Numbered from the stretch's first letter, positions 27,216 to 39,335 are shown. The stretch is 64,000 nt of DNA from Betaproteobacteria bacterium (GCA_016861105.1 BOKS01000017.1:10433-74432), one strand, 5' to 3'. Notes: generated by a model not told the origin, from the sequence alone. A program made the numbers and translations.

Positions 27216-29102
27216 ATGGACACGCTGCTGCCCCGCATCGACTCGCCGCTCGCGCTGCGTGCGCTGGCCCGCGCCGACCTGCCGCAGGTCGCGCGGGAGC
27301 TGCGGGCGTTCCTGCTGTCGACGGTGTCGCAGACCGGCGGCCACCTGTCGTCGAACCTCGGCACGGTCGAGCTGACCGTCGCGCTGCACTACGTCTTCGA
27401 CACGCCGCGCGACCGCATCGTCTGGGACGTCGGCCACCAGACCTACGCGCACAAGGCACTCACCGGCCGTCGCGGCGCGATGCACCGGCTCCGCCAGTGG
27501 GGCGGTCCCTCGGGCTTCCCGCGGCGCAGCGAAAGCGAGTACGACACGTTCGGCACGGCGCACAGCTCGACGTCGATCTCCGCGGCGCTGGGCATGGCGA
27601 TGGCCGCGAGGCTGACGGGCGAGGCGCGCCGCGTCGTGGCCGTGATCGGCGACGGCGCGATGAGCGCCGGCATGGCCTTCGAGGCGCTGAACAACGCGGG
27701 GGCGGCCGGCTGCGACCTCACGGTGATCCTCAACGACAACGAGATGTCGATCAGCGAGCCGGTGGGCGCGATCCACCAGTACCTCGCCAAGATGCTGTCG
27801 TCGTCGCTGTACAACCGCGTGCGCAAGGGCGGCAAGGACGTCCTGGCGAGGATCCCGCCGGTCAAGGAGCTCGCGAAGCGCTGGGAAGAGCACATGAAGG
27901 GCATGGTGCTCCCCGGGACGCTGTTCGAGGAGCTCGGCTTCAACTACATCGGCCCGATCGACGGCCACGACCTCGACGTCCTGTGCGCGACGCTCGCGAA
28001 CGTCCGCGAGCTCCGGGGACCGCAGTTCCTGCACGTCATCACGAAGAAGGGCTACGGCTACCAGCGCGCCGAGGAGGATCCGATCCTCTATCACGGCGTC
28101 TCGAAGTTCGACCCGGCGCTGGGCATCGTCGCGCGGCCGGCGGCGCGGCCCGCGTACACGCAGGTGTTCGGCGACTGGCTGTGCGACATGGCCGCGGCCG
28201 ATCCGCGGCTGGTCGGCATCACGCCGGCGATGCGCGAGGGCTCCGGCCTCGTCCGCTTCTCGCAGGAGCACCCGCGCCGCTACTTCGACGTCGGCATCGC
28301 CGAGCAGCACGCGGTCACCTTCGCCGCCGGCCTCGCGTGCGAGGGCATGCGGCCGGTCGTCGCGATCTACTCGACGTTCCTGCAGCGCGGCTACGACCAG
28401 CTCGTCCACGACGTCGCGCTGCAGAACCTGCCGGTGACCTTCGCCATCGACCGCGCCGGGATCGTCGGCGCCGACGGTCCGACGCACCTCGGGGCCTTCG
28501 ACCTCAGCTACCTGCGCTGCGTGCCGAACCTGGTCGTGATGGCGCCTTCCGACGAGGACGAGTGCCGCAAGCTGCTGACGACCGCGTTCCGCTGCGACCG
28601 CCCGGCCGCCGTGCGCTATCCGCGCGGCGCCGGCCCGGGCGCCGCGATCGACCCCGCGCTCACGACGCTGCCCATCGGCAAGGCCGTCGTGCGCCGCGAG
28701 AGCCGCCGGCGCTCGCACCGCTACGCGATCCTCGCCTTCGGCGCGCCGCTGGCCGCGGCGCTCGAGGCGGGCGAGGCGCACGACGCGACCGTCGTCGACA
28801 TGCGCTTCGTGAAGCCGCTCGACGTCGACCTGGTGCTCGAGATCGCGCGCACGCACGACGCGATCGTCACCGTCGAGGAGAACGTGGTGGCGGGCGGCGC
28901 GGGCAGCGGCGTCGCCGAGGCGCTGGCCGCGGCGGCCGTGCCGGTGCCGATGCTGCACCTGGGCCTGCCCGACGAGTTCCTGGACCACGGCGACCCCGCG
29001 TTCCTGCTCGCCCGCTGCGGGCTCGACGGCAAGGGCATCGCCGCCGCGATCGCGCGCCGCTTCGGGCCCGCGGAGGCGTGGGTGAAGCCGGCCGCCGCCT
29101 GA
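27216..29102 (+). CDS. dxs: 1-deoxy-D-xylulose-5-phosphate synthase
   Basis: [22 protein letters not shown]...[20 protein letters not shown]. Confidence 0.97.
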   Translation: MDTLLPRIDSPLALRALARADLPQVARELRAFLLSTVSQTGGHLSSNLGTVELTVALHYVFDTPRDRIVWDVGHQTYAHKALTGRRGAMHRLRQWGGPSGFPRRSESEYDTFGTAHSSTSISAALGMAMAARLTGEARRVVAVIGDGAMSAGMAFEALNNAGAAGCDLTVILNDNEMSISEPVGAIHQYLAKMLSSSLYNRVRKGGKDVLARIPPVKELAKRWEEHMKGMVLPGTLFEELGFNYIGPIDGHDLDVLCATLANVRELRGPQFLHVITKKGYGYQRAEEDPILYHGVSKFDPALGIVARPAARPAYTQVFGDWLCDMAAADPRLVGITPAMREGSGLVRFSQEHPRRYFDVGIAEQHAVTFAAGLACEGMRPVVAIYSTFLQRGYDQLVHDVALQNLPVTFAIDRAGIVGADGPTHLGAFDLSYLRCVPNLVVMAPSDEDECRKLLTTAFRCDRPAAVRYPRGAGPGAAIDPALTTLPIGKAVVRRESRRRSHRYAILAFGAPLAAALEAGEAHDATVVDMRFVKPLDVDLVLEIARTHDAIVTVEENVVAGGAGSGVAEALAAAAVPVPMLHLGLPDEFLDHGDPAFLLARCGLDGKGIAAAIARRFGPAEAWVKPAAA

Positions 29103-29116
29103 CATCCCCGCCGGAC

Positions 29117-29932
29117 ATGAACCAGCCCGACACTCCCCGACGCGTCATGCCGATGCCCGACGTCCAGTCGGCGCCCGACCATCGCGAGCTCGCCATCGAC
29201 CAGGTCGGCATCCGCGGGCTGCGCTATCCGCTGGCGATCGCCGACCGCGACGGCGTGCAGACGACGATCGCGCAGTGCGCCGTGTACGTCGCGCTGCCGG
29301 CCGAGCGCAAGGGCACGCACATGTCGCGGCTCGTCGCCCTGCTCGAGGAGCGCGCGGCGCCCGGCGCCGAGCCGGTCTCGGTCGACGCGCTGCCCCGGCT
29401 GCTCGACACGCTGGTCGCGCGTCTCGACGCGCCGGCGGGCCGGCTCGAGCTCGCGTTCCCCTTCTTCGTGCGCAAGAGCGCGCCGGTGTCGGGCATCGCG
29501 AGCCTGCTCGACTACCAGGTGCGGCTCGCGGGCGAGCTGCGCGACGGACGCCACCAGGTGACGGTCACCGTCGCCGTGCCGGTGACGTCGCTGTGCCCGT
29601 CGTCGAAGGAAATCTCCGAGTACGGGGCGCACAACCAGCGCTCCGAGGTCACGATGTCGGTGCGCCCGCGCGGCCACTTCTACATCGCCGACCTCGTCCG
29701 CGTCGCCGAGGAGGAGGCCTCCGCCGAGCTGTTCGGCATCCTGAAGCGCGCCGACGAGAAGTACGTCACCGAGCGCGCCTACGACAATCCGCGCTTCGTC
29801 GAGGACCTGGTGCGCGGCGTGGCCGCGCGGCTGCGCGACGACCCGCGCGTGGCGGCCTTCGCCGTCGAGGCGGAGAACTTCGAGTCGATCCACAACCACT
29901 CGGCGTTCGCGCGGATCGCGCGCGGCGTGTAG
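29117..29932 (+). CDS. folE2: GTP cyclohydrolase IB
   Basis: KGTHMSR, SLCPSSKEIS, GAHNQRS, FVEDLVR, ESIHNH. Confidence 0.95.
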   Translation: MNQPDTPRRVMPMPDVQSAPDHRELAIDQVGIRGLRYPLAIADRDGVQTTIAQCAVYVALPAERKGTHMSRLVALLEERAAPGAEPVSVDALPRLLDTLVARLDAPAGRLELAFPFFVRKSAPVSGIASLLDYQVRLAGELRDGRHQVTVTVAVPVTSLCPSSKEISEYGAHNQRSEVTMSVRPRGHFYIADLVRVAEEEASAELFGILKRADEKYVTERAYDNPRFVEDLVRGVAARLRDDPRVAAFAVEAENFESIHNHSAFARIARGV

Positions 29933-30082
29933 GCCGGCGCTTCCCGGGCCGGCCGGCGACGGACATCGGCGGCAGGCGCCGTCCGTCCCGTCCCGGCGGC
30001 GCTCGTTCCTGCGGCCGGGCCATTCGTCCGTGCCCGTGCCGGTCCGGCCGGCGCGGGGGCCTACAATCGCGCGGCCCGCCCG

Positions 30083-31423
30083 ATGATCGACCACCTCAAG
30101 GCCCGCTACGACGCGTTCGCCGAGCGCGTGCTCGCCTCGCTCTCGGAGATCGAGCGCGAGGACGTGCGCTCGTTCGACCGCTGGTTCTACGGCGGCGGGT
30201 GGCGCTGGCTCGTCGCGATCGTCGCCGTCACGACCGTCTTCGCGTGGATCGCCTCGCGGCTGCCGTGGAACATGTCGTTCGTCGAGGCGACGGTCCTGTT
30301 CAACCTGATCGTGCTGTCGCTGCTGTGGTCCGGGCTCACCGCGTGGTTCGGCTACCGCAAGTTCAGCGGCCGCGTGTTCCGCTACGTGCTCCTCGGCCCG
30401 CTGCTGGCGCTCGCCGGCGCCTTCGTCGGCGCGTCGATCGCGGGCCTCGTCCGGGGCGTCGATCCGATCGCGTGGATGCAAGACAGCGCGAAGCTGCGCC
30501 ACATCGTGATCGCGGGGCTCGTGTTCGGCTTCCTCTACACCGTGCTGGTCGCGCTGATCGCGGTGCTGCGCAATCGCGAGTATCGGCTCCTCGCCGCCAA
30601 CCTCGAGGCCGAGCGCGCGCAGGAGGCGTTGTCGCGCAAGCTGGCGGAGTCGCGGCTGCGGATGCTGCAGCTGCAGGTCGAGCCGCACTTCCTCTTCAAC
30701 ACGCTGGGAAGCGCGCAGCAGCTCGCGGAGAAGGGCGCGCCGGACGCCGCGCGCCTCATCGCGAGCCTGATCCGGTTCCTGCGGGCGGCGACGCCCGCGC
30801 TGCGCGACGAGGGCACGACGCTGGCGCAGGAGAAGGGCCTGGTCGAGGCCTACCTCGGCATCATGCGCACGCGCCTCGGGCCGCGGCTCGACCACGCGGT
30901 CGCGCTGCCGCCGGCGCTCGCCGACGTCGTCGTGCCGCCCGGCATGCTGATCACGCTGGTCGAGAACGCGATCAAGCACGGCATCGAGCCTTCGCTCGCC
31001 GGCGGCCGCGTGGACGTCTCCGCGGAGATGGATGGCGACGGACGGCTGACGCTCACCGTCGCCGACGACGGCGCCGGTCCGCCGGGGCCCGCCGCGCCGG
31101 CGTCCGGCGTGGGGCTCGCCAACATCCGCGAGCGCCTGGCGCTGCTCTACGGCGACGGCGCGTCGCTCGAGACGGCGGCCGGAACGCCCTCCGGGTTCGT
31201 GGCGCGCATCCGGCTGCCGGTCGAGCACGGGCCGTCGGCCGCGACGGGCGACGGGCCTCCCCCGGGCCGCGTGCCGTCCGCCGCCCCCGGCGGGAAGCGT
31301 CTCGCGGCGCGGCCGAGCGTCCCGTGCCCCGCGGACGGCGTCCCCGACCGGGACGAATCGCCCCCCCGCGCCCGCGTCGCTCCCTGCCCTCCGGAGGGCG
31401 ACGGGTTCGGGACCCGGCGTTGA
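30083..31423 (+). CDS. LytS/YehU-family sensor histidine kinase
   Basis: TMs; LQLQVEPHFLFNTL, LVENAIKHG, GVGLANIRERL. Confidence 0.92.
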   Translation: MIDHLKARYDAFAERVLASLSEIEREDVRSFDRWFYGGGWRWLVAIVAVTTVFAWIASRLPWNMSFVEATVLFNLIVLSLLWSGLTAWFGYRKFSGRVFRYVLLGPLLALAGAFVGASIAGLVRGVDPIAWMQDSAKLRHIVIAGLVFGFLYTVLVALIAVLRNREYRLLAANLEAERAQEALSRKLAESRLRMLQLQVEPHFLFNTLGSAQQLAEKGAPDAARLIASLIRFLRAATPALRDEGTTLAQEKGLVEAYLGIMRTRLGPRLDHAVALPPALADVVVPPGMLITLVENAIKHGIEPSLAGGRVDVSAEMDGDGRLTLTVADDGAGPPGPAAPASGVGLANIRERLALLYGDGASLETAAGTPSGFVARIRLPVEHGPSAATGDGPPPGRVPSAAPGGKRLAARPSVPCPADGVPDRDESPPRARVAPCPPEGDGFGTRR

Positions 31424-31456
31424 AGCGCTCCCTGCGCCCTAGCCAACCGAGCTGAC

Positions 31457-32215
31457 ATGCCCGACGCCCGCCCCACCGCCCTGATCGCCGAGGACGAGCC
31501 GCTGATGCGCGAGCGGCTGAAGGAGAAGCTCGCCGAGGCCTGGCCCGAGCTCGCCGTCGTCGCCGAGGCCGCCGACGGCGACGAGGCGCTCGCACTGTTC
31601 GATGCGCACCTGCCGCAGGTGGCGTTCCTCGACATTCGCATGCCGGGGCGCACCGGCATCGACGTCGCCGCGTCGATCGGCAGCGATTGCCACGTGGTGT
31701 TCATCACGGCCTACGACCAGTACGCGATAGCGGCCTTCGACGCGGGGGCCGTCGACTACCTGCTGAAGCCGGTGGAGGGCGACCGCCTCGCGCAGGCGGT
31801 CGAGCGGCTGCGGCGCAAGCTCGCGGGGCCTCCCGCCGACCTGTCCGCGCTCATCGCCGACCTCCGCGACAAGCTGCCGCGCCCCGTGCAGCGGCTGCGC
31901 TGGATCAAGGCCGCGATCGGCAAGCAGGTCAGGCTGATCGCCGTCGACGACGTCGTCTACTTCCAGAGCGACAGCAAGTACACGCGCGTGGTGCTCGCGC
32001 AGTCCGAGGCGCTGATCCGCACGCCGCTCAAGGACCTGCTCGAGGAGCTCGATCCCGAGCGCTTCTGGCAGGTGCATCGCAGCACCGTCGTCAACCTGCA
32101 CCACGTCGCCGGCGTGCTGCGCGAGGACGCGGAGCGCCAGTTCGTCATGCTGAAGCAGCGCGGCGAGAAGCTGCCGATCTCCAGGCAGTTCACGCATCGG
32201 TTCAAGCAGATGTGA
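31457..32215 (+). CDS. LytTR-family response regulator
   Basis: AEDEP, FLDIRMP, FITAYD, DYLLKP; FWQVHRSTVVN. Confidence 0.95.
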   Translation: MPDARPTALIAEDEPLMRERLKEKLAEAWPELAVVAEAADGDEALALFDAHLPQVAFLDIRMPGRTGIDVAASIGSDCHVVFITAYDQYAIAAFDAGAVDYLLKPVEGDRLAQAVERLRRKLAGPPADLSALIADLRDKLPRPVQRLRWIKAAIGKQVRLIAVDDVVYFQSDSKYTRVVLAQSEALIRTPLKDLLEELDPERFWQVHRSTVVNLHHVAGVLREDAERQFVMLKQRGEKLPISRQFTHRFKQM

Positions 32216-32313
32216 GCGTGACGGCGTGCGAACGGGAATGGGGAATAGGGAGGGGGAGGGGGCGCTTTCCGTTGGGTCCGTGGTCGGCGTCGCCGACGCC
32301 GTAGAATCCGTCC

Positions 32314-33027
32314 ATGCGCCCGGTCGCCATCTTTCGCTTCTCCCCCGGCGACGAGCCCGGTCGCTTCGCCGAGTGGCTCGACGCGCACGGCCGGCCGTGG
32401 CGGCTCGTCTCGCTGCACGACGGCGAGCCGGTGCCCCCGGACCCGCAGGCTTTCGCCGGCCTCGGCATGATGGGCGGCCCGATGAGCGTCAACGATGCGC
32501 TGCCGTGGAACGCGCCGATGCAGGCGTTGCTGCGCGCGGCGGTGGCGAAGCGCGTTCCGGTCATCGGCCACTGCCTCGGCGGGCAGCTGCTCGCGAAGGC
32601 GCTCGGCGCGCGCGTCGGCCCGGCACGCACGCCCGAGATCGGATGGATCGACGTGGAGGTCTGCGGCGACGACGCGGCGCGCGAGTGGTTCGGCGGCCGG
32701 CGGCGCTTCGCGACGTTCGAGTGGCACTACGAGGCCTTCGCGCTGCCCGCCGGTGCGATGCGCGTGCTGACCAACGAGCACAACGAGAACCAGGGGTACG
32801 TGCTCGACGGACTGCACGTCGGCTTCCAGGGACACGTCGAGATGACGGTGCCGATCGCGCGCAGCTGGGTCGCGCTGTCAGGCGACGAGCTGCCGCCCGC
32901 GTCGACGCCGACGACCCAGGCGGCGGCCGACATCCTGCGCGATCTTCCGCGACGCGTCGCCGCGCTGAATGCGGTCGCCGACGCCGTCTACGCGCGCTGG
33001 GCGACGAACCTCCGCGACGGGGCCTGA
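32314..33027 (+). CDS. Type 1 glutamine amidotransferase
   Basis: MGGPMSVND, GHCLGGQL nucleophile elbow, FQGHVE. Confidence 0.9.
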   Translation: MRPVAIFRFSPGDEPGRFAEWLDAHGRPWRLVSLHDGEPVPPDPQAFAGLGMMGGPMSVNDALPWNAPMQALLRAAVAKRVPVIGHCLGGQLLAKALGARVGPARTPEIGWIDVEVCGDDAAREWFGGRRRFATFEWHYEAFALPAGAMRVLTNEHNENQGYVLDGLHVGFQGHVEMTVPIARSWVALSGDELPPASTPTTQAAADILRDLPRRVAALNAVADAVYARWATNLRDGA

Positions 33028-33034
33028 CGACGCC

Positions 33035-34834
33035 GTGGCCGCGATCCGTCCGCTGACCGACCTGCTCGTCAACCAGATCGCCGCGGGCGAGGTCGTGGAG
33101 CGCCCCGCGGCAGCGCTGAAGGAGCTGATCGAGAACAGCCTCGACGCGGGCGCGACGCAGGTCGACGTCGACGTCGCGGCGGGTGGCGTCAGGCGGCTGC
33201 GGGTGGCCGACGACGGCGAGGGCATCGAGCGCGACGACCTCCAGCTCGCGGTCGCGCGTCACGCGACGTCGAAGATCGCCGTGCCGTCCGACCTCGAGGG
33301 GATCGCGACGCTGGGGTTTCGTGGCGAGGCGCTCGCGTCGATCGCGGCCGTGTCCCGGTTCTCGCTCGTCTCGCGGGCGAAGGGGCGGCCGCACGCCTGG
33401 CGCGTCGACGTGGAGGGCGGCGCCGTGCAGCCCATCGCCCCGGCGGCACTCGCCAGCGGCACGACGGTGACGCTCGAGGAGCTGTTCTTCAACACCCCCG
33501 CGCGGCGCAAGTTCCTGCGCACCGAGGCAACGGAGTGGGCGCACTGCAGCGAGGCGGTGACGCGCCTCGCGCTCGCGCACCCGGACGTGGGCTTCACGCT
33601 GCAGCACAACGGCCGCGTGCAGGGTCGCTGGCTGCCGGGCACGCGCGCGGCGCGCGTGCAGGCGCTGCTCGGCGACGGATTCGTCGCCCACGCGGCGCGC
33701 GTGCAAGCGGAGGCCGGCGGCGTCGTGCTCGAGGGATTCGCCGTGCGGCCGGCGCACGCCGCGCAGGGCGCGAGCGCGCAGTACGCGTTCGTGAACGGGC
33801 GCTTCGTGCGCGATCGCGTGCTCGCGCACGCGCTGCGCGAGGCCTATCGCGACGTGCTGCACCACGATCGCGCGCCGTCGTACGCGCTGTGGCTCACGCT
33901 CGACCCGCGCCGCGTCGACGTCAACGTGCACCCGCAGAAGGTCGAGGTCCGCTTCCGCGATGCGGGCGCGCTGCACCAGTTCGTCCGCCACGCCGTCGAG
34001 CGCGCGCTCGCGGCCACGGCCGCCGAGCAGCCCGCCGTGTCCGCGGCCGAGCGCCTCGGGCTCGTCGCCGCGCGCGTGCCGCCACCGGGCGCAACCGCAC
34101 GGGAGGTCGTCGCGTCGCCCCCGGCGACACCGGCCGCCGCGAGCGCGCAGGGCGGCCTCGCGCTCGCCGCGGCGGCGGAGCCCTCGGCGTTCTACGCGCG
34201 TCTCTTCGGGCCGGCGCGTCAGCGCGACGCCGCGCTCCCGGAGACCGGCGACGAGCACCCGCTCGGCTTCGCGCTCGCGCAGCTGCACGGCATCTACGTG
34301 CTGGCACAGAACCGCCACGGCCTGGTGCTCGTCGACATGCACGCGGCGCACGAGCGCGTCGTCTACGAGCGCCTCAAGGCGGCCGCGCGCGACCGCGTCC
34401 CGATCCAGCCGCTGCTCGTCCCGGCCGCGTTCGCCGCGGAGGCGGTCGACGTCGCCGCCGCCGAGGAGCACGCCGATGCGCTCGCCCGGCTCGGATTCGA
34501 CATCGCGCCGATCGGCCCGGGGACGCTCGCCGTGCGCGGGCTGCCGGCGCCGCTCGCGGACGCCGACCCGGCGTCGCTCGCGCGGGCGGTGCTGCAGGAC
34601 CTGCGCGAGGTGGGCGGCAGCGGCGTCGTCGCCGCCCGCCGCGACGAGCTCCTCGCGGCGATGGCGTGCCACGGCAGCGTGCGGGCGCGTCGCGCGCTCA
34701 CGCTGCCGGAGATGAACGCGCTCCTGCGCGAGATGGAGGCCACCGAGCGCGCCGGGCAGTGCAACCACGGCCGGCCCACCTGGTACCAGCTGACGCTCGC
34801 CGACCTCGACCGCCTGTTCATGCGCGGTCGGTAG
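33035..34834 (+). CDS. mutL: DNA mismatch repair endonuclease MutL
   Basis: [39 protein letters not shown]. Confidence 0.97.
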   Translation: MAAIRPLTDLLVNQIAAGEVVERPAAALKELIENSLDAGATQVDVDVAAGGVRRLRVADDGEGIERDDLQLAVARHATSKIAVPSDLEGIATLGFRGEALASIAAVSRFSLVSRAKGRPHAWRVDVEGGAVQPIAPAALASGTTVTLEELFFNTPARRKFLRTEATEWAHCSEAVTRLALAHPDVGFTLQHNGRVQGRWLPGTRAARVQALLGDGFVAHAARVQAEAGGVVLEGFAVRPAHAAQGASAQYAFVNGRFVRDRVLAHALREAYRDVLHHDRAPSYALWLTLDPRRVDVNVHPQKVEVRFRDAGALHQFVRHAVERALAATAAEQPAVSAAERLGLVAARVPPPGATAREVVASPPATPAAASAQGGLALAAAAEPSAFYARLFGPARQRDAALPETGDEHPLGFALAQLHGIYVLAQNRHGLVLVDMHAAHERVVYERLKAAARDRVPIQPLLVPAAFAAEAVDVAAAEEHADALARLGFDIAPIGPGTLAVRGLPAPLADADPASLARAVLQDLREVGGSGVVAARRDELLAAMACHGSVRARRALTLPEMNALLREMEATERAGQCNHGRPTWYQLTLADLDRLFMRGR

Positions 34835-34841
34835 CGGCCGG

Positions 34842-35780
34842 ATGCGCGCGATGAGGCCCGTCGTGCTGCTGACGGGACCGACGGCGGCCGGCAAGAGCGC
34901 GCTCGCGCTCGAGCTGGCCGAGCGCTTCGGTGGCGAGATCGTCAGCGTGGACTCGGCGCAGGTCTACGAAGGCATGGACATCGGCACGGCGAAGCCCGAC
35001 CGCGCCACGCGCGAGCGCGTGCCGCACCACCTGATCGACGTCGTCGCGCCGACCGCGAGCTACTCGGCCGCGCGCTTCGCCGCCGAGGCGCGTGCGGCCA
35101 TCGCCGCGATCCGGGACCGCGGCCGCGTGCCGATCGTCGCCGGCGGCACGATGCTCTACCTGCGCGCGCTGACCGAGGGTCTCTCCGACCTGCCGCCGGC
35201 CGATGCCGCGCTGCGCGCGGCGATCGACGCCGAGGCCGCGCGGCGCGGATGGCCGGCCCTGCACGCGGAGCTCGCGCGACTCGACCCGCTCGCGGCGGCC
35301 CGGTTCGCGCCGACCGACGCGCAACGCATCCAGCGCGCGCTCGAGGTCGTGCGGGCGAGCGGGGTGCCGCTGTCGGCGCTGCAGGGGCGGCGCAGCGCCG
35401 CGCCGCTGGGCGGGACCGTCGCGGTCGCGCTGATGCCCGAGGATCGTGCACGGCTGCACGCCGCGATCGCCGCACGCTTCGAGGCGATGCTCGCGGCCGG
35501 CCTGGTCGACGAGCTCGCAGGGCTCCGCCGGCGCTACGACCTGCACGCGGACATGCCGTCGATGCGCTGCGTCGGTTACCGCCAGGCGTGGCGCTTCCTC
35601 GACGGGACGATCGACGCCGACGCGCTGCGGGCGACCGGCGTCGCGGCCACTCGCCAGCTCGCCAAGCGCCAGCTCACGTGGCTGCGCGCCGGCGCGGCGT
35701 GGCGCGTGGACCCCTTCGCGCCGGACGCTGCGCGGCGCGTCGTCGAACGCGTCGCGCGCGCGCTGGCCGCGTCGTCGTAG
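34842..35780 (+). CDS. miaA: tRNA dimethylallyltransferase
   Basis: [32 protein letters not shown]. Confidence 0.96.
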   Translation: MRAMRPVVLLTGPTAAGKSALALELAERFGGEIVSVDSAQVYEGMDIGTAKPDRATRERVPHHLIDVVAPTASYSAARFAAEARAAIAAIRDRGRVPIVAGGTMLYLRALTEGLSDLPPADAALRAAIDAEAARRGWPALHAELARLDPLAAARFAPTDAQRIQRALEVVRASGVPLSALQGRRSAAPLGGTVAVALMPEDRARLHAAIAARFEAMLAAGLVDELAGLRRRYDLHADMPSMRCVGYRQAWRFLDGTIDADALRATGVAATRQLAKRQLTWLRAGAAWRVDPFAPDAARRVVERVARALAASS

Positions 35781-35872
35781 CGCGCGCCCCGCGCCGCTTC
35801 GCGCGGACGCGCGCCCGCGAGCGGGCGCTATGGTAATCTTTTTGATTTCGTCGTCGACCCCGAAGATTCGCG

Positions 35873-37282
35873 ATGCCCGGCGCCACGCTCTACGACAAGC
35901 TCTTCGACGCGCATGTGGTCCGCAAGGAGCCGGATGGCACCGCGCTGCTCTACGTCGACCGGCACCTCGTGCACGAGGTCACGAGCCCGCAGGCCTACGA
36001 AGGCCTGCGGCTCGCGGGGCGCAAGCCCTGGCGGACGAGCTCGATCGTCGCGACGGCGGACCACAACACGCCGACCAAGGACTGGGACCAGGGGATCCGC
36101 GACCCGATCTCGCGCACGCAGGTCGCCACGCTCGACGAGAACGTGCGCGCGACCGGCGCGAAGGCCTATTTCCCGTTCCGCGACCGCCGCCAGGGCATCG
36201 TGCACGTCATCGGGCCCGAGCAGGGCGCGACGCTGCCCGGGATGACGGTGGTCTGCGGCGACTCGCACACGAGCACGCACGGCGCCTTCGCGGCGCTAGC
36301 CTTCGGCATCGGCACCTCGGAGGTCGAGCACGTGCTCGCCACGCAGTGCCTGCTGATGAAGAAGGCGAAGTCGATGCTGATCCGCGTCGACGGCCGGCTG
36401 CCCGCCGGCGTCACGGCCAAGGACCTGGTGCTCGCAGTGATCGGCCGCATCGGCACGGCCGGGGGCACCGGCCATGCGATCGAGTTCGCCGGCAGCGCGA
36501 TCCGCGCGCTGTCGATGGAAGGCCGCATGACCGTGTGCAACATGGCGATCGAGGCCGGCGCGCGCGCCGGCATGGTCGCCTGCGACGACACGACGATGGA
36601 CTACCTGCGCGGCCGGCCGTTCGCGCCGACGGGCGCGCTCTGGGATCGCGCGGTGGCGCACTGGCGCACGCTGCGCTCGGACGACGGCGCGGCGTTCGAC
36701 GCGACGCACGTGTTCGACGCCGCCGCGGTCGCCCCGCAGGTGACGTGGGGCACCTCGCCCGAGATGGTCACGTCGGTCGCCGGCCGCGTCCCCGATCCGG
36801 ACCGGGAGCGCGACGCCACGCGCCGCGACGGCATGGCGAAGGCGCTGGCGTACATGGGGCTCGCGCCGAACACGCCCATCACCGACATCCGCGTCGACAA
36901 GGTGTTCATCGGGTCGTGCACCAACTCGCGCATCGAGGACCTGCGGCAGGCCGCGGCCGTGGCGCGCGGACGCCGCGTCGCCGGCAACGTGAAGCTCGCG
37001 ATGGTCGTGCCGGGCTCGGGGCCCGTGAAAGCGCAGGCCGAGGCCGAAGGGCTCGACCGGGTGTTCCGCGACGCGGGCTTCGAGTGGCGCGAGCCGGGCT
37101 GCTCGATGTGCCTCGCGATGAACGACGACCGGCTGGAGCCGGGCGAGCGCTGCGCGTCGACGTCCAACCGCAACTTCGAGGGCCGCCAGGGCGCGGGCGG
37201 CCGCACGCATCTGGTCAGCCCGGCGATGGCGGCCGCCGCCGCGGTCGCGGGGCATTTCGTCGACGTGCGTCGACTCTTCTGA
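35873..37282 (+). CDS. leuC: 3-isopropylmalate dehydratase large subunit
   Basis: [29 protein letters not shown]. Confidence 0.98.
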   Translation: MPGATLYDKLFDAHVVRKEPDGTALLYVDRHLVHEVTSPQAYEGLRLAGRKPWRTSSIVATADHNTPTKDWDQGIRDPISRTQVATLDENVRATGAKAYFPFRDRRQGIVHVIGPEQGATLPGMTVVCGDSHTSTHGAFAALAFGIGTSEVEHVLATQCLLMKKAKSMLIRVDGRLPAGVTAKDLVLAVIGRIGTAGGTGHAIEFAGSAIRALSMEGRMTVCNMAIEAGARAGMVACDDTTMDYLRGRPFAPTGALWDRAVAHWRTLRSDDGAAFDATHVFDAAAVAPQVTWGTSPEMVTSVAGRVPDPDRERDATRRDGMAKALAYMGLAPNTPITDIRVDKVFIGSCTNSRIEDLRQAAAVARGRRVAGNVKLAMVVPGSGPVKAQAEAEGLDRVFRDAGFEWREPGCSMCLAMNDDRLEPGERCASTSNRNFEGRQGAGGRTHLVSPAMAAAAAVAGHFVDVRRLF

Positions 37283-37297
37283 CGGTCGGAGGGAACG

Positions 37298-37444
37298 ATG
37301 GTGAAGAAGCTCGCGGCGCTCGCGGCCCTGTTCGGCCTCGTGGCCGGGATCTGCGGCTGCAACACGGTGGAGGGATTCGGCCAGGACCTCCAGGCGGGCG
37401 GCAGGGCGATCGAGAAGGCCGCCGACAAGTCGAAGCCGAAGTGA
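37298..37444 (+). CDS. Entericidin A/B family lipoprotein (48 aa, not in ORF track)
   Basis: MVKKLAALAALFGLVAGICGCNTVEGFGQDLQAGGRAIEKAADKSKPK; CNTxxGxGxD motif; GGAGG RBS. Confidence 0.9.
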   Translation: MVKKLAALAALFGLVAGICGCNTVEGFGQDLQAGGRAIEKAADKSKPK

Positions 37445-37498
37445 TTCCTGCCGGAGGCGGCGATGGCGCCGCCCCGGCCATCAGGCCCAGCGCACCCC

Positions 37499-38137
37499 AT
37501 GCAACCGTTCACCGTCCACGAAGGTCTCGTCGCGCCGCTCGACCGGGCGAACGTCGACACCGACGCGATCATTCCCAAGCAGTTCCTGAAGTCGATCAAG
37601 CGCTCGGGCTTCGGCCCGAACCTGTTCGACGAGTGGCGCTACCTCGATCGCGGCGAGCCGGGCGCGGACAACGCGCGCCGTCCGCTCAACCCCGACTTCG
37701 TGCTCAACCTGCCGCGCTACAAGGGCGCGTCGGTGCTGCTCGCGCGGCGCAACTTCGGCTGCGGCAGTTCGCGCGAGCACGCGCCGTGGGCGCTGGCCGA
37801 CTTCGGCTTCCGCGCGCTGATCGCGCCGTCGTACGCGGACATCTTCTACAACAACTGCTTCAAGAACGGCCTGCTGCCGATCGTGCTCCCCGACAGCGCC
37901 GTCGACCGGCTGTTCGCGGACGTCGCCGCGTTTCCCGGGTTCCGGCTGGTGATCGACCTGCCCGCGCAGACGGTGGCCACCACCGATGGCTCGCTGGTCG
38001 TCCCCTTCGAGGTGGACCCGTTCCGCAAGCACTGCCTGCAGCACGGCCTCGACGACATCGGCCTCACGCTGCAGCACGCCGACGTCATCCGCGCGTTCGA
38101 GGCGAAGCGGCTGGCGGAGCAGCCGTGGCTGCAGTGA
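37499..38137 (+). CDS. leuD: 3-isopropylmalate dehydratase small subunit
   Basis: [24 protein letters not shown]. Confidence 0.97.
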   Translation: MQPFTVHEGLVAPLDRANVDTDAIIPKQFLKSIKRSGFGPNLFDEWRYLDRGEPGADNARRPLNPDFVLNLPRYKGASVLLARRNFGCGSSREHAPWALADFGFRALIAPSYADIFYNNCFKNGLLPIVLPDSAVDRLFADVAAFPGFRLVIDLPAQTVATTDGSLVVPFEVDPFRKHCLQHGLDDIGLTLQHADVIRAFEAKRLAEQPWLQ

Positions 38138-38141
38138 GGCA

Positions 38142-38253
38142 GGCGATGGGCGACGGGCGATAGGCGACAGGCGCTAGGCGATAGGAAGGCAATCCCGTCG
38201 CCCGCCGCGATCGCTCGCCTCTCGCCCATCGCCCGTCGCCCATCGCCCATCGC
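38142..38253. repeat. Inverted pair of heptamer tandem arrays
   Basis: 6 x GGCGAYR-like units (38142-38183) and ~4.5 x TCGCCCR units (38222-38253). Confidence 0.85.
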
Positions 38254-38261
38254 GTGACTTC

Positions 38262-39335
38262 ATGAAGATCGCCATCCTCCCCGGCGACGGCATCGGGCCG
38301 GAGATCGTCGCCGAAGCCGTCAAGGTGCTCGAGGTTCTGCGCCGCGACGGGTTGCCGGTCGTCACCGAGGTGGCGCCGATCGGCGGCGCCGGCTACGACG
38401 CGGCGAAGCGCCCGCTGCCCGAGGCGACGCTGCGGCTCGCGCAGGCCGCGGATGCGGTCCTGATGGGGGCCGTCGGCGGCCCCCGCTACGACGCGCTGCC
38501 GCGCGAGCTGCGGCCCGAGCAGGGCATCCTCGGCATCCGCAAGGCGCTCGGGCTGTTCGCGAACCTGCGGCCCGCGATCCTCTACCCGGAGCTCGCGGCG
38601 GCGTCGACGCTCAAGCCGGAGGTCGTGGCGGGACTCGACCTGATGATCGTCCGCGAGCTCACCGGCGACATCTACTTCGGCCAGCCCCGCGGCCGGCGCA
38701 CGAACGCGCGCGGCGAGGAGGAGGGCTTCGACACGATGCTCTACAGCGTCCCGGAGATCGAGCGCATCGCGCGCGTCGGTTTCGAGACCGCGCGCGCGCG
38801 CGGGCGCCGGCTGTGCTCGGTCGACAAGGCCAACGTGCTGGACACGTCGATCCTGTGGCGCGAGACCGTGTCGCGCGTGGCGGCCGACTATCCGGACGTC
38901 GCGCTGTCGCACATGTACGTCGACAACGCGGCGATGCAGCTCGTGCGCAACCCGAAGCAGTTCGACGTGATCGTCACCGGCAACATCTTCGGCGACATCC
39001 TCAGCGACGAGGCGTCGATGCTGGCGGGATCGATCGGCATGCTGCCCTCGGCCTCGCTGGACGCGAGCGCGAAGGGCCTCTACGAGCCGATCCACGGCTC
39101 GGCGCCCGACATCGCCGGGCAGGGAAAGGCGAATCCGCTGGCGACGATCCTCTCGCTGGCGATGATGTTCCGCTACACGTTCCGCGACGGCGCGACCGCG
39201 GCGCGCATCGAGACCGCGGTGCGCGGCGTGCTGCGGCAGGGCCTGCGCACCGCCGACATCGCGCTGCCCGGCGAGCCGGTCGTCGGCACGTCGCGCATGG
39301 GCGACGCGGTGGTTGCTGCCCTGCAGCAAGCGTGA
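38262..39335 (+). CDS. leuB: 3-isopropylmalate dehydrogenase
   Basis: [39 protein letters not shown]. Confidence 0.98.
   Translation: MKIAILPGDGIGPEIVAEAVKVLEVLRRDGLPVVTEVAPIGGAGYDAAKRPLPEATLRLAQAADAVLMGAVGGPRYDALPRELRPEQGILGIRKALGLFANLRPAILYPELAAASTLKPEVVAGLDLMIVRELTGDIYFGQPRGRRTNARGEEEGFDTMLYSVPEIERIARVGFETARARGRRLCSVDKANVLDTSILWRETVSRVAADYPDVALSHMYVDNAAMQLVRNPKQFDVIVTGNIFGDILSDEASMLAGSIGMLPSASLDASAKGLYEPIHGSAPDIAGQGKANPLATILSLAMMFRYTFRDGATAARIETAVRGVLRQGLRTADIALPGEPVVGTSRMGDAVVAALQQA

Noticed and set aside
26163-31228. Very long antisense ORFs (980 aa, 835 aa) and similar ones throughout the window
   Set aside because: Expected stop-poor shadow frames opposite well-supported genes in high-GC DNA
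31220-31423. Pro-rich ~65-aa C-terminal extension of the LytS kinase
   Set aside because: Looks like readthrough into intergenic DNA; no domain evidence
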